This document shows positions 29,789 through 39,610 of a DNA stretch of 50,892 nt, piece after piece (within the stretch, counting starts at the first letter, position 1; each line of letters begins with the position of its first letter). A program made the position numbers and the translations under genes. The stretch spans positions 1-50,892 of the forward strand of contig JBGPIA010000025.1 of assembly GCA_041484665.1 (NCBI GenBank). The letters are read 5' to 3'. The stretch is from Candidatus Krumholzibacteriia bacterium. GTDB lineage: Bacteria > Krumholzibacteriota > Krumholzibacteriia > JAJRXK01. The notes under the pieces are model-generated. The model had not been told where the DNA came from. It saw only the letters and a program-made list of their open reading frames with translations, and did no database searches.

Positions 29789-30675
29789 TGATCGCAGTGA
29801 TGGGAGCCGCCGGAAATACCGGTCGTATCGTGGCCGAGCGTCTGCTGGAGCAAGGCGAGCGCGTCCGCGCCATCGGGCGCTCGAAGGAGCGCTTGGCGCC
29901 GCTGGTGGCCAAGGGCGCCGAGGCCGCCGTGGGCGACGCCAACGACGCGTCGTTCCTGGCACGCGCCTTCGCCGGCGCCGACGCCGCGTACACGCTGATC
30001 CCGCCCAACTTGCAGGTGCCAGACTTTCGCGCCTACCAGGACCATCTGGGCGAGGCCACCGTGCGCGGGCTGCGCGAGGCCGGCGTGAAGCACGTAGTCT
30101 TCCTCAGCAGCGTGGGGGGCGACCGCCCCTCGGGCACCGGCCCGATCGCCGGGCTGCATGCCCAGGAGGAGCGCCTGCGCGGCCTGCGCACCGCCAACGT
30201 GCTCCTGCTGCGCCCTGCCTATTTCTTCGAGAACCACTTCGCAACGCTGGGCCTGATCAAGAACCAGGGGATCAACGGCGGCGCGCTCGCCGGCAATCTG
30301 CAAATGCCAATGATCGCCACCCGCGATATCGGCGACGCGGCCGCCCGCGCCGTGCGCACCCGCGACTTCAAGGCGGTCGTCGTGCGCGAGCTGCTCGGAC
30401 CGCGCGACCTCACGATGGACGAGGCCACGCGCATCATCGGGCAGGGGATCGGCAAACCCGACCTCAAGTACGTGCAGTTCCCCTACGATGCCTTCGCCGA
30501 GTCGTTGGTCCAGGCGGGCCTCTCGCGCGACCTGGCCGGCCTGTACGCGGAGATGTGCAAGGGCTTCAACGATGGTCACGCGCGCAGCGTGGAGGGCCGC
30601 CGGCCCCAGAACACCACGCCCACGCGCCTGGAGGACTTCGCCCCGGCCCTGGCCCAGGCGTACCGCAGCCTGTGA
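29788..30675 (+). CDS. NmrA-like NAD(P)H-binding protein
   Basis: GAAGNTG Rossmann motif, VVFLSSVG, LRPAYFFEN, IATRDIG. Confidence 0.9.
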   Translation: MIAVMGAAGNTGRIVAERLLEQGERVRAIGRSKERLAPLVAKGAEAAVGDANDASFLARAFAGADAAYTLIPPNLQVPDFRAYQDHLGEATVRGLREAGVKHVVFLSSVGGDRPSGTGPIAGLHAQEERLRGLRTANVLLLRPAYFFENHFATLGLIKNQGINGGALAGNLQMPMIATRDIGDAAARAVRTRDFKAVVVRELLGPRDLTMDEATRIIGQGIGKPDLKYVQFPYDAFAESLVQAGLSRDLAGLYAEMCKGFNDGHARSVEGRRPQNTTPTRLEDFAPALAQAYRSL

Positions 30676-30699
30676 GCGTGCGGGATCTGGGGGGTGAAG

Positions 30700-31085
30700 C
30701 GCGCGGTCTGCGGCCGCTTGCCCCCCAGTAGTAGTCGTGCGTGACGAGCTGCAAATCCAAGGCGACCGGCTCGAACGCCGCACGCAGCTCCTGCGCGGTC
30801 GGGAAGTTCTTGAGCACCTCGTTCTCGCTCCCGTCGGCGAGCCCCCGGCGCTGATAGGTGTTGCCCGCGTCATCACGCCGCCCAAGCGGAGTGCTGCTTC
30901 CCTCGACGTAGCGATTATCGAGCAGGACCACTCGCGCGCCGACGGTCAGCCCGCCGTGCAGGTTGCGCAGGAACTCCTGCTGCCGCTGGTGCGGCACGTA
31001 CGACCACCAGAATCCGGCGAATGCGGCCGTGCAGGCGCCGGGCCGCACGGCTGGGGCGTAGGCGTCCGCCGCGACGAAGAACACG
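30700..31085 (-). pseudogene. C-terminal fragment of a class I SAM-dependent methyltransferase
   Basis: ADAY..AAFAGFWWSYVP..LDNRYVEGSSTP..GNTYQRR..VLKNFP; 5' part replaced by the IS256 remnant. Confidence 0.75.
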
Positions 31086-31316
31086 CGGCCAGCAGGATCG
31101 TGTTTCTCTTAACCCAGGTGATCGGTGAGCTCGCCCTCAAGAGCGCGCTCCACCAACCGGCGGGTGAGGTCCTTCAGCACACCGTCCTCGCCGAGGATCT
31201 CCTGAGGCTTCTTGGCTTTGAGGAGCTCGTCGAGGAACCTGTCGACATCGGCCATAGCGTTCCTCCAAGATCAGAGTCAAAGCTACGGCCACTTACACAG
31301 AGAAAGCTACGCCCCC
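31085..31316 (-). mobile_element. IS256-family remnant (one end plus transposase N-terminus)
   Basis: ATG 31255: MADVDRFLDELLKAKKPQEILGEDGVLKDLTRRLVERALEGELTDHLG*EKHDPAGR; upstream end GGGGCGTAGCTTTCTCTGTGTAA. Confidence 0.85.
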
Positions 31317-31321
31317 CGAGT

Positions 31322-31390
31322 CGGGAGTACAATCGCATCCGGCCGCACAGTTCGCTGGGCTATCGTCCCCCGGCGCCGGAGGCGGTGGCG
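31322..31390 (+). mobile_element. IS3-family transposase C-terminal remnant
   Basis: REYNRIRPHSSLGYRPPAPEA. Confidence 0.8.
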
Positions 31391-31410
31391 CAAAGGGAGC
31401 TTGCAGTAGC

Positions 31411-32685
31411 ATGTCCCTGAAGCCCGGAACCAGGTTGGGTCGGTACGAGATCGTCGCCCCGCTGGGCGCAGGCGGCATGGGTGAGGTCTACCGCGCCCGC
31501 GATACGCGCCTGGGGCGCGATGTCGCCATCAAGGTCATCCGAACTGAACTTGCGCGTGACCGCGAGCGGATCAAGCGTTTCGAGCAGGAAGCTCGCGCCG
31601 CCGGGGCGCTGAACCACCCGAACGTCTGCACCATTCTCGACGTGGGCACCCACGACGGCTCGCCCTTCGTGGTGATGGAGCTGCTCGAGGGCGAGTCGCT
31701 GCGGCACCGCCTCAAGCAGAGCCCTCTCCCCGCGCGCAAGGCGATCGACTGCGCCGCCCAGGTCGCCCACGGGCTGGCCGCCGCGCACGAGAAGGACATC
31801 GTCCACCGCGACCTCAAGCCCGAAAACCTGTTCCTCATCAAGGACGGGCGGGCCAAGGTGCTGGACTTCGGGCTGGCAAAGCTGACGCGACCGGAGGTAT
31901 TGGCGCCGGCGGGAGAGACGGCGATCTCGATCGCGGCCACGGAGACCGGGGCGATCCTCGGCACCGTCGGCTACATGGCGCCAGAGCAGGTGCGGGGGCA
32001 GCGTGCCGATGCGCGCACGGACCTGTTTGCGCTGGGGGCGATCCTCTACGAGCTGCTGATTGGGAAGCGGGCATTCCACGGCGCGTCGTACGTCGAGACG
32101 ATGAACGCGATCCTCAACGACGAACCGCCGCCGCTGTCGTCCTCGGGCCGCGAAATGCCGCCAGGGCTCGAGGCCATCGTGCGGCACTGCCTGGAGAAGA
32201 ACCCCGCGGAGCGGTTCCAGCGCGCGCGGGACCTCGCGTTCGCCGTGGAGTCAGTGAGCGGCGGCGCCTCGGGGAGGACCCTCGGCGCGACCGCGGTGGT
32301 GGGCCGGACAGGCCGACCGTCCCGTCGATGGTGGCGGCCCGCATCGCTCGGCGGAGCAGCTGTGGTGATTGCCGCAGGCGTGCTGCTCGTGCTCCGCCCC
32401 GGCCGGCAGACTCCAGTCCCAGCCAAGCCCGTTCACGAGCGCAGCGCGATCGCGGTGCTGCCGTTCCAGAACCTGAGCGCCGAAGGGCCGAACGCCTACT
32501 TTGCGGGCGGGCTGCACGACGAGCTGCTGACCCAGCTCGCGAAGGTGGCGGCGCTCAAGGTGATCAGCCGGCCTTCGTTCGTCACTGTCCACACGCTGCG
32601 GCTCGACCCGCGCTGGGACCCGATCCGCGAGCATCCGCGGTTCAAGGCGTTGCTCGCGAAGTCCGGCTCCGGAGAAGCCCGATGA
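31411..32685 (+). CDS. Ser/Thr protein kinase with TM and truncated TolB-N-like region (apparent internal deletion)
   Basis: LGAGGMGEVY, VAIK, HRDLKPEN, DFG, YMAPE; SAIAVLPFQNLS..KVISR joined directly to LRLDPRWDPIREHPRF. Confidence 0.88.
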   Translation: MSLKPGTRLGRYEIVAPLGAGGMGEVYRARDTRLGRDVAIKVIRTELARDRERIKRFEQEARAAGALNHPNVCTILDVGTHDGSPFVVMELLEGESLRHRLKQSPLPARKAIDCAAQVAHGLAAAHEKDIVHRDLKPENLFLIKDGRAKVLDFGLAKLTRPEVLAPAGETAISIAATETGAILGTVGYMAPEQVRGQRADARTDLFALGAILYELLIGKRAFHGASYVETMNAILNDEPPPLSSSGREMPPGLEAIVRHCLEKNPAERFQRARDLAFAVESVSGGASGRTLGATAVVGRTGRPSRRWWRPASLGGAAVVIAAGVLLVLRPGRQTPVPAKPVHERSAIAVLPFQNLSAEGPNAYFAGGLHDELLTQLAKVAALKVISRPSFVTVHTLRLDPRWDPIREHPRFKALLAKSGSGEAR

Positions 32686-32796
32686 CGTGTTCTTGCGACG
32701 ACCTTACCTGACACCCGCCCTCGAGGAGATTGGGTCGTCGGGCGCCCGCGAGCCCTGCCGCACGACTCTGGGCACCGGCTTTCGCCCCTCGCGCGT

Positions 32797-33123
32797 CTCA
32801 GTTCGAAGAGGGTCTCGTTCGGACCCCGGATGCTCAATTTGTGTCAAACGCCGGGCGGTCCCAAGGCCAGAAACGGAGAGTCCGAGAGCCCCGCGCCCGA
32901 TTCCGAGGTCTTCAGCCGGCCCCCCGCCCGTAACGCTTGTCGAAACAGAGAACGCGCCTGGTCAGCGCCCTGGCAAACCCTGCGGATTCCAGCACCCAAA
33001 ACCACCCCGCCTCGACGAGGAGACGGGGTCTGCGTCAACCAGCTGGGCCTCGGCATTCGAGGCTGGAACGGATGGCTCCCCGGGTGGGACGGTAGTCGAA
33101 ATGCTCTCGGTTCGGGGGTTGAC
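32797..33123. repeat. Dispersed non-coding repeat, copy A (att-like, with tRNA 3'-end fragment at 33073-33090 on minus strand)
   Basis: Gapless alignment of 32824-33123 to 41086-41385, 222/300 identical by hand count. Confidence 0.85.
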
Positions 33124-33572
33124 TGGTATCTGCGACGGGGCTGTTGAACCATGGGCGGTCTGCCGCACGCCGGACGTCCGGACACCCCCGGATGCCCTAG
33201 GCAAGCTCCCCCCTTTGGACGGCCTCTCCCCCTCGCGCCCCCGCAGAGGGACCATCAGGCCCCAAGCGAGCCCCCTGTCAATTACCGCGCTATAGGTAGC
33301 CAACAATCTCGCGCATTAGGGAGCCAGGCGTTCTCGCCCGATCGGGAGCTAGCCATTTTCGCCGGATCGGTTGCCACCGGGCTGGTCGCTGCCTTGACTC
33401 CCACTGTAAGTCTCGCTAGCCTCAAGACGAGCCGAGAAAGGGCAGCACCGACGAGCGCGCCAACAGCGAGCTCGGAAGAGCGTTCATTGGCCTCGCGAAG
33501 TTGACGTTCTTTATCTAGCGCTGCCCCTTTGTCCCGCAAGAAGCGCCTCAGTGACAAAGAGGGGGATGCTGG

Positions 33573-34736
33573 ATGCCAGTCATCGACCGACGCTGGAGAA
33601 GGCGGATCGGCTCGAGATTCTCCGCCCTACCATTCCTCGGTCCCCGGGCCGCGGCGATTCATCTCCGACGGAAGTACGGCGCACGCGTAGTTACGCCGGC
33701 AAAGGTGCAGAACTTCATACGGGGGCAGCAGGAGAGGCTCTCACGCGCCCTCGAGGTTCAGTCTCTTCCCTGGATCCTGAACCTCGACACGTTTAGCGGC
33801 TGCAACCTTGGGTGCCGATTCTGCCCGACCGGAACGGATCAGCTGGAGCGACCAAAGGCCCGCATGCCGGTAGACCGCGCGAAGCGGGTGATCGACCTCG
33901 TCAAGGATCACGTACTCGAGATTCGCCTCTACAACTGGGGTGAGCCCTTCCTAAACCCGGACATCTTCGAGATCACCAGGCACGCTCATGACGCAGGCCT
34001 GTTCACCGTCATCAACTCGAACCTAAGCGTGAGCGTCCCCGGCTTGGCGCGCAAGATCGTCGACTCCGGGCTCGACCGGTTACAGGCCAGCGTAGATGGG
34101 GTTGCTCCGACAACTCTCGAAAGGTATCGGCGTCGAGCGAGCGCCGAGCTCGTCTTCGCCAACGTCAGGGCGATCGCGGATGAGCGAGCCCGGCGAGGCG
34201 TCGCTCACCCCTCGATCGAGCTCATGTTCCTGGTATTCTGCCACAACGAGCACGAGATCGGCCAGCTCGAAGCCAAGAGGCGTGCGGTTGGCGCCGACGC
34301 GTTCCAGCCCCGCCGCGCATTCATCTACCACGAATCCTTCGTCCCCAAGCACCCGGCCTTTCCGCCGCTTCAGACGATCTTCCAAGGAACCTGTGACTTC
34401 CTCTATGCCGAACTGACCGTCGAGGCAAACGGCGCCATCTCCCCCTGTTGCACGAGCATGTCAGAGAGGTGGGATCTCGGCACGATCCAGGAACTCAAGG
34501 AACTGCGAGAATTCTGGAACAGCCCGACCCACCGTGCCATGCGGGCCTTCGCCAGCGGAAAAAGAAACGCTGAGAGCATCGCACCCAAGCGCGAACTTCT
34601 GTGCCAGACGTGTGACATCGTCGCTCACCGGAACTTCACACCGAGCTCGCTCTCGCCGCTGCCGCCCTCCTTCCAGGCCACAGGCGTTACGTACGCACAC
34701 CGCATCGACTCCCTGGAAGCCCGGCAGCTCGGCTAA
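33573..34736 (+). CDS. Radical SAM protein with SPASM/twitch-like C-terminal domain
   Basis: CNLGCRFC, YNWGEPFLN, CDFLY..GAISPCC..CQTC. Confidence 0.9.
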   Translation: MPVIDRRWRRRIGSRFSALPFLGPRAAAIHLRRKYGARVVTPAKVQNFIRGQQERLSRALEVQSLPWILNLDTFSGCNLGCRFCPTGTDQLERPKARMPVDRAKRVIDLVKDHVLEIRLYNWGEPFLNPDIFEITRHAHDAGLFTVINSNLSVSVPGLARKIVDSGLDRLQASVDGVAPTTLERYRRRASAELVFANVRAIADERARRGVAHPSIELMFLVFCHNEHEIGQLEAKRRAVGADAFQPRRAFIYHESFVPKHPAFPPLQTIFQGTCDFLYAELTVEANGAISPCCTSMSERWDLGTIQELKELREFWNSPTHRAMRAFASGKRNAESIAPKRELLCQTCDIVAHRNFTPSSLSPLPPSFQATGVTYAHRIDSLEARQLG

Positions 34737-34820
34737 CCGAATTCTCAGATCGGCCGATTGGGAAGGCCGACGATCAGTCTGCCCGTTGCTTTCAGCTTGC
34801 TGGTTTCTTACAGAGTAGTC

Positions 34821-35185
34821 TGTCGTGCATGCCGACTAGCCCGTCCGCCGTCGGTTGTCCAGCATTGCCTGGCCTCCAACTCACGGGCGGTGGCCATGCT
34901 TCCCTTAATCCTACGCTTCCTACTCGCAGCCCTCCGGACCCGCCGATCGCTTCTCCTCGAGAACCTGGCCTTGCGGCACCAAGTCCAGGTGCTCGAGCGT
35001 GGCGGGAAGCGGCCCCGATTGACCAACTGCGACCGCACCCTCTGGGTCGTCATATCACAAATCTGGCATGGTTGGAGAAAGTCCCTCATCACCGTCCAGC
35101 CAGAGACGGTGATCCGGTGGCATCGCATGGGCTTCCACCTGTACTAGCGGTTGAAGAGCCAGCGACGGCGCCGCCGCCGTCGCCG
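34821..35185 (+). mobile_element. Truncated relative of the 43304-44585 element (left end plus transposase N-terminus)
   Basis: MLPLILRFLLAALRTRRSLLLENLALRHQ..VQPETVIRWHR..LY*RLKSQRR; shares upstream ttgcctggcctccaac..cgggcggtggccatgct. Confidence 0.85.
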
Positions 35186-35619
35186 ACAGCCCGTGCAGCG
35201 CAGCGTCATTGAGGGTCGTGACGACGACGGTGGTGGCGGGCGAAGAAGCCACGAAGGTGATCCCAGCCAAGCCCGCGGCCGAGGCGAAGGTAACCTGTCT
35301 GCCAGTCCGGTTCGGGTACCGCATGACCGACCTCGGTTCCGATGAAGAACGGAGAAATGGCAGACCATCGCGCCGCGCGGCGTACGCAGCTTCATGGGCC
35401 CCTTTCCTCGCGGTATCTCGTCGCGGCTTCTCGCCACACCACACCCCATGGCGGCACGGATCTACCCGGCGCCGATGCTGGCCGCCGATGCCCGTCCGGC
35501 CCCCACCCTGATGCCGTACTCGGGCGGGCTCGTATGCCCTACACTCCACCGCGACTCCCCGACGTGCCCCCAGCTCCCGGGTGGGCGCGCACTCGACTCG
35601 CCTCCCGAAAGGAGCCGCC

Positions 35620-36315
35620 GTGTCCGCTCGAATCTCGCGACTCACGAGCATGCTTTTCGGTCTAGCTCTGACTTGCGACCTCGGAACACTCCCCGCGCGC
35701 GCCCAGCCCATCGCGAAGCTCGGCATCTATGGCATCCGCATGGAGCCCACCGGAGAGGACGCCAAGGACTTCAGCCGAGCGGGTTGGGGGGCCGGCATCC
35801 ACCTGGTCGTGCCGGTGCCCCAGGTGGCGAACGCGGTCGCCGGCACGATCGGCTTCGAGTACGTGAACCTGCTCGAGGAAACCGTGGAGTTCCGGGACCC
35901 GGTGACCGGCCTGCGGGTCGAGCAGCAGACGTCTCAGAGCTACTCCCGTCTCTACCTCGGCCCGGAGGTCGGCGGCCACGGTTCCGGGTTTCTGCGGCCG
36001 TACGCGGGGGTGAACCTGGCCGCGATCTTCTACGGGATCAGCACCGACGTCGTCGTTCCCGACGACCAGAACCGCGAGAAGGAGATCCGCCAGAACCTGG
36101 AAAGCCGCAACCGGGTGGCGTTCGGCTACGACGTGACCCTGGGGAGCGACCTCAACTTCGGACGGTTTCTGGTCGAGGGAGGCGTCAAGTTCACGAAGAG
36201 CTTCAACGTCCCCCAGCAGCTCGGGGCCGGGGCGGTCACGATCCACCCGGGCTACTTCCAGATCTACCTGGGAGTCGGAGCGAACCTGAGCGGGCTCGCC
36301 AAGGTCTCTCCGTGA
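35620..36315 (+). CDS. Outer-membrane beta-barrel protein
   Basis: AAAGGAG RBS; signal peptide; alternating beta strands, LRPYAGVN, YFQIYLGVG. Confidence 0.75.
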   Translation: MSARISRLTSMLFGLALTCDLGTLPARAQPIAKLGIYGIRMEPTGEDAKDFSRAGWGAGIHLVVPVPQVANAVAGTIGFEYVNLLEETVEFRDPVTGLRVEQQTSQSYSRLYLGPEVGGHGSGFLRPYAGVNLAAIFYGISTDVVVPDDQNREKEIRQNLESRNRVAFGYDVTLGSDLNFGRFLVEGGVKFTKSFNVPQQLGAGAVTIHPGYFQIYLGVGANLSGLAKVSP

Positions 36316-36406
36316 TGGATCCCGGAGCCCTGGGGTCGAGATGCACGATATGTCGCTTGGCCCCGGGTGCCCGGAGTGTCGGCAAGAGGGACGGGCCGCC
36401 CGGTTT

Positions 36407-36742
36407 CTAAGACCTCGACGTCACCTGGGTGCCGTCTCCGTAGCGCGCCAGCGCAAGATCGACGATCTCACCGATCAAGTCGCTGTAAGAGCGACCCGAG
36501 GCCTTGGCTGCCATCGCGAACTCAGCGCTCGGGAGCAGGTACGGGTTGGGGTTCACCTCGAGCACGTGGAGGGTCCCGTCCTTGGCGAGGCGGAAGTCGA
36601 TGCGCCCGTAGTACCTAAGCAGGAGCGCCTGATAGGCCTGGATTGCCTTCTCGTTGAGACTCGCCACCAGCCCCTCGTCGAGATCCTTGGGCACGAACGG
36701 CCCGGTCCTCGTGTAGGCCTCGGTGTCTTCCTCCCTGTGCAT
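36407..36742 (-). pseudogene. C-terminal fragment of a D-Ala-D-Ala ligase-like ATP-grasp protein
   Basis: YGRIDFRL..VLEVNPNPYL..FAMAA..YSDLIGEIV; N-terminal two-thirds absent. Confidence 0.75.
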
Positions 36743-36747
36743 ACCAA

Positions 36748-37160
36748 TTAATCCGTCCGTCCTTGATTTCCTAGATTTGCCTGGCCGGCTGCTGCACGGT
36801 CGAACTCGAGGTGGTAGTGACGGAAGAAATCGTGGTACCTGGTCTGCTCAGGCTGGGCGATGTGCCGGTGGCAGAACTGGAGAAGATCAAGCACGTCGAG
36901 AGTGTCGGGCAGTTGATGAGCAACGAGCGGCCATGAAATACCGAAGATCTCGGCCTGGAGCCGATGGACAAATTCGACGGTGGAATTCGCCATCACATTG
37001 CCACCGCCGTCCTGACACTCGCAGGGAAAGTCGAGGCCGAAAGAATTCTTCTCATGCTCCCTGCGGATGAGCGCGGCGATCCCCCCCACACCCTTTCAGT
37101 GATTACTTCGTTCGTGCGCGGTCGTGCGCCACGCTCCCGGTCGCTGAAGTAGTCGGTCAT
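36748..37160 (-). pseudogene. AbiJ N-terminal-domain-like fragment
   Basis: MTDYFSDRERGARPR..VWGG (frameshift in G7 run, 37081-37087) ..FPCECQDG..LDLLQFCHRHIAQP..YHDFFRHYHL; truncated. Confidence 0.6.
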
Positions 37161-37486
37161 CGAAGAAAACGCCCCTCAGGTATCACGAGTGCACCCGGCG
37201 CGCGTGAGTGTCTCGCGTTCCTTCGGCACTACGCGGCGAAGTGGCTCGCAGACTGCTGACCACCGCCAAACGACCAATCGGCGCTGGGAGCCACTTACCT
37301 ACCGGCTGGCCACCACTGGACCGCTGGCGCTGTTGTGCCTGACTCTACGCTCCCCGCTGGCCCTGGACCATCAACGTCATCATCCACAACTTGCGCGCTT
37401 CGACCTCTACCACCAACTCCTGGCCGTGAGCCATGGTGGTAGGCGTGCCCACCTCAGCGCCCCGGCACCCGCTGGGTCGTCGTGCG

Positions 37487-37540
37487 CGGCAGGAATACAA
37501 TCACATCCGGCCGCACAGCGCCTTGGGGGATCTTCCCCTG
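37487..37540 (+). mobile_element. Second IS3-family C-terminal remnant
   Basis: RQEYNHIRPHSALGDLP. Confidence 0.65.
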
Positions 37541-37654
37541 ACCCAGTGGACGGCCGCTTCACCCTGAACCAAGGACCCAAGGTAAAGGCCAAGTTCGCAG
37601 AGCGCTTGGAACAGGTCTTGGGGGCAGGACCCCGCACCGAATCCGGCGGATGTG

Positions 37655-39214
37655 ATGCCTTCAGCGGCAGCAGTAAGCCTTGCCATCGCGTCCGCCTTGT
37701 CCGCGGCCGCGCCACCGTCCACGCCGATGCGCCTGTTGCGCCCGGTCCGATGGGGCGACCTCCCGCAGCACGGACGGACATTCGGCGCTACGTGGGCCGA
37801 CGTCGATGGTGATGGTGTGCTCGACCTCTGTCTCTCGCGGCACGCCGGCGCTCCGGAGTTCTATCTCAACCGGCCAGGACTGCACTATACGCTGATGCAA
37901 GACATGACCGGGGAGCCCGCGGGTATCCGGGACCTGCACGGCAGCGCCGCTTGCGACTTCGACGGCGACGGGCGGTGGGATCTCTTCCTGAGCGTCGGGG
38001 CCCATCGCGGCGACAGTCTAACGTACAAACAACTCTGGCTTCAGCAGGCACCTGGCCGCTTCATCAACGTGGTCGGGCACCAGGACTTCCTCGCGGATCC
38101 GCACGGGCGTGGACGCGGCGCTCTCTGCTTTCCCCTCGATGGTGATCGGTTCCCGGAGCTATTGCTCCTAAACTTCAAATCGCCACCGCTTTTGTTCCAC
38201 TTCGATGGCGCCAACTGGTCCGATATTGGGGATCACCTCGTCCTGAAGCCTCCCGCTACGGCTGCCGGGCCGTGGTTCGCTTTCGGAGCCGAGGGGGACC
38301 TCGACCTCGATGGGCACACGGACCTTTGCTTGGCGGGCAGCCGGCTCGCTGTCTTGCACAACGACGGCGCCGGGCGACTGGAGGACGTCACGGTCGCGGC
38401 GGGATTGGCCGTGCATGGCGCACCGATCGCCGACGTGCTGCTGGGTGACGTAGACGATGACGGAGACCTCGATCTTCTGCTCGTACAGAAGGATGGCGAG
38501 CTGCGCCTCTTCTTGAACGACAGCAGCCGGCATGGGCTCCGTTTCGTTCCAGGTCCTGATCTCAGCCACCTGCGCGTCAAGTCCTTGCTCAGCTCGGCGA
38601 CGCTTGCGGACCTCGACGGAGATGGGATTCTGGACCTCTACGTGGTCTCCGTGGGCAGCCAGGACCTGGGATCCTCCAACATCATGGCACGCGGGCTCGG
38701 AAACGGGGACTTCGAGCGGATGGGTTCTCGCTGGGGCGGGCTGCCGGTGTTTCCATCCGATGGAGTCCAGGCCTGGGCGTTGGACCAGGATCTCGATGGT
38801 GATCTCGACCTCCTGGTCGTCAGCGGCGGTGGTACGACGCCATGCGCGCGCGAGCTCATGGCGCTCTACGAAAACGTCGGCAGCGCTCCCGGGTTGACGG
38901 TGACCTTGAAGCCGCACGGGGGGCCGCCGCACGGCCTGGGCGCGCGCGTCGCTCTGCGCGCCGCGGGCAGGATGCAGACGCAGGAAGTGCGGAGTGTCGC
39001 CAAGCCCTGGAATTCCGCAATCTTGCCCCTGCACTTCGGTCTGGCGCAGGACCGCGGCCCCTACCACGTGCTCGTGACCTGGTGCGGGGGACGACGCGAC
39101 GAGTTCGTGCTGCCCGTGCCCGGCCAGGCCTACGTGCTACAGGAGGGCGTCGCAACTCCGCAGATCCTGAGCCGGACGCTGCCAGCGCGGGAGCCGGCAG
39201 AGGCTCCGCGCTGA
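37655..39214 (+). CDS. FG-GAP repeat / ASPIC-UnbV (CRTAC1-like) protein
   Basis: Multiple DxDGDGxxDL repeats; GLGARV..LHFGL..VTW; start uncertain. Confidence 0.85.
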   Translation: MPSAAAVSLAIASALSAAAPPSTPMRLLRPVRWGDLPQHGRTFGATWADVDGDGVLDLCLSRHAGAPEFYLNRPGLHYTLMQDMTGEPAGIRDLHGSAACDFDGDGRWDLFLSVGAHRGDSLTYKQLWLQQAPGRFINVVGHQDFLADPHGRGRGALCFPLDGDRFPELLLLNFKSPPLLFHFDGANWSDIGDHLVLKPPATAAGPWFAFGAEGDLDLDGHTDLCLAGSRLAVLHNDGAGRLEDVTVAAGLAVHGAPIADVLLGDVDDDGDLDLLLVQKDGELRLFLNDSSRHGLRFVPGPDLSHLRVKSLLSSATLADLDGDGILDLYVVSVGSQDLGSSNIMARGLGNGDFERMGSRWGGLPVFPSDGVQAWALDQDLDGDLDLLVVSGGGTTPCARELMALYENVGSAPGLTVTLKPHGGPPHGLGARVALRAAGRMQTQEVRSVAKPWNSAILPLHFGLAQDRGPYHVLVTWCGGRRDEFVLPVPGQAYVLQEGVATPQILSRTLPAREPAEAPR

Positions 39215-39610
39215 GCCGGAGCACCGCACGCGCCTCGCGATCTGCGGGGTGCTGAGCCCGCCTGCCTCGCTTGCCGTAAAACTGGGGCCAGTGGCGACGA
39301 GCCCTTCCGCAGGCGGGTCTATCCCGCAATCCTCGGTTCAGGCTCGCTCTTGCAAAGGGCTGCCCGCGGGCCACGCCACATGACTCTGAGCGCCCGACTT
39401 CGGCCTGCTGCGTCTACCCGAAACGACCGCCCGCCGCGCGGGAGGAGTACAATGGCATGAGGCCCCACAGCTCACCGGCCGATCGTCCCCGTTGGATTGC
39501 TAGAGCAACGCCTCCGGGGATACCTGCACGAGAATCGGCGCGTGGGGTATTGCCCTCGGGCCCATGCCGTCACCCGTCCGTGCGGCGCCCACGAGACGAG
39601 GAGGAAGCCC

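Noticed and set aside
33073..33090. Intact tRNA gene (also 41335-41352)
   Set aside because: Only the last 18 nt match a tRNA 3' end; no TTCGA T-loop, anticodon arm or D arm upstream.
32687..33295. Protein-coding paralog pair with 40874-41458
   Set aside because: Several frames are open, the translations are Pro/Arg-rich without family motifs, and mismatches cluster in blocks rather than at third codon positions; non-coding is more likely.
35185..35324. Secreted-protein N-terminal fragment on the minus strand (MRYPNRTGRQVTFASAAGLAG..VVVTTLND)
   Set aside because: Too short to assign; may be a stump cut by the adjacent IS remnant.
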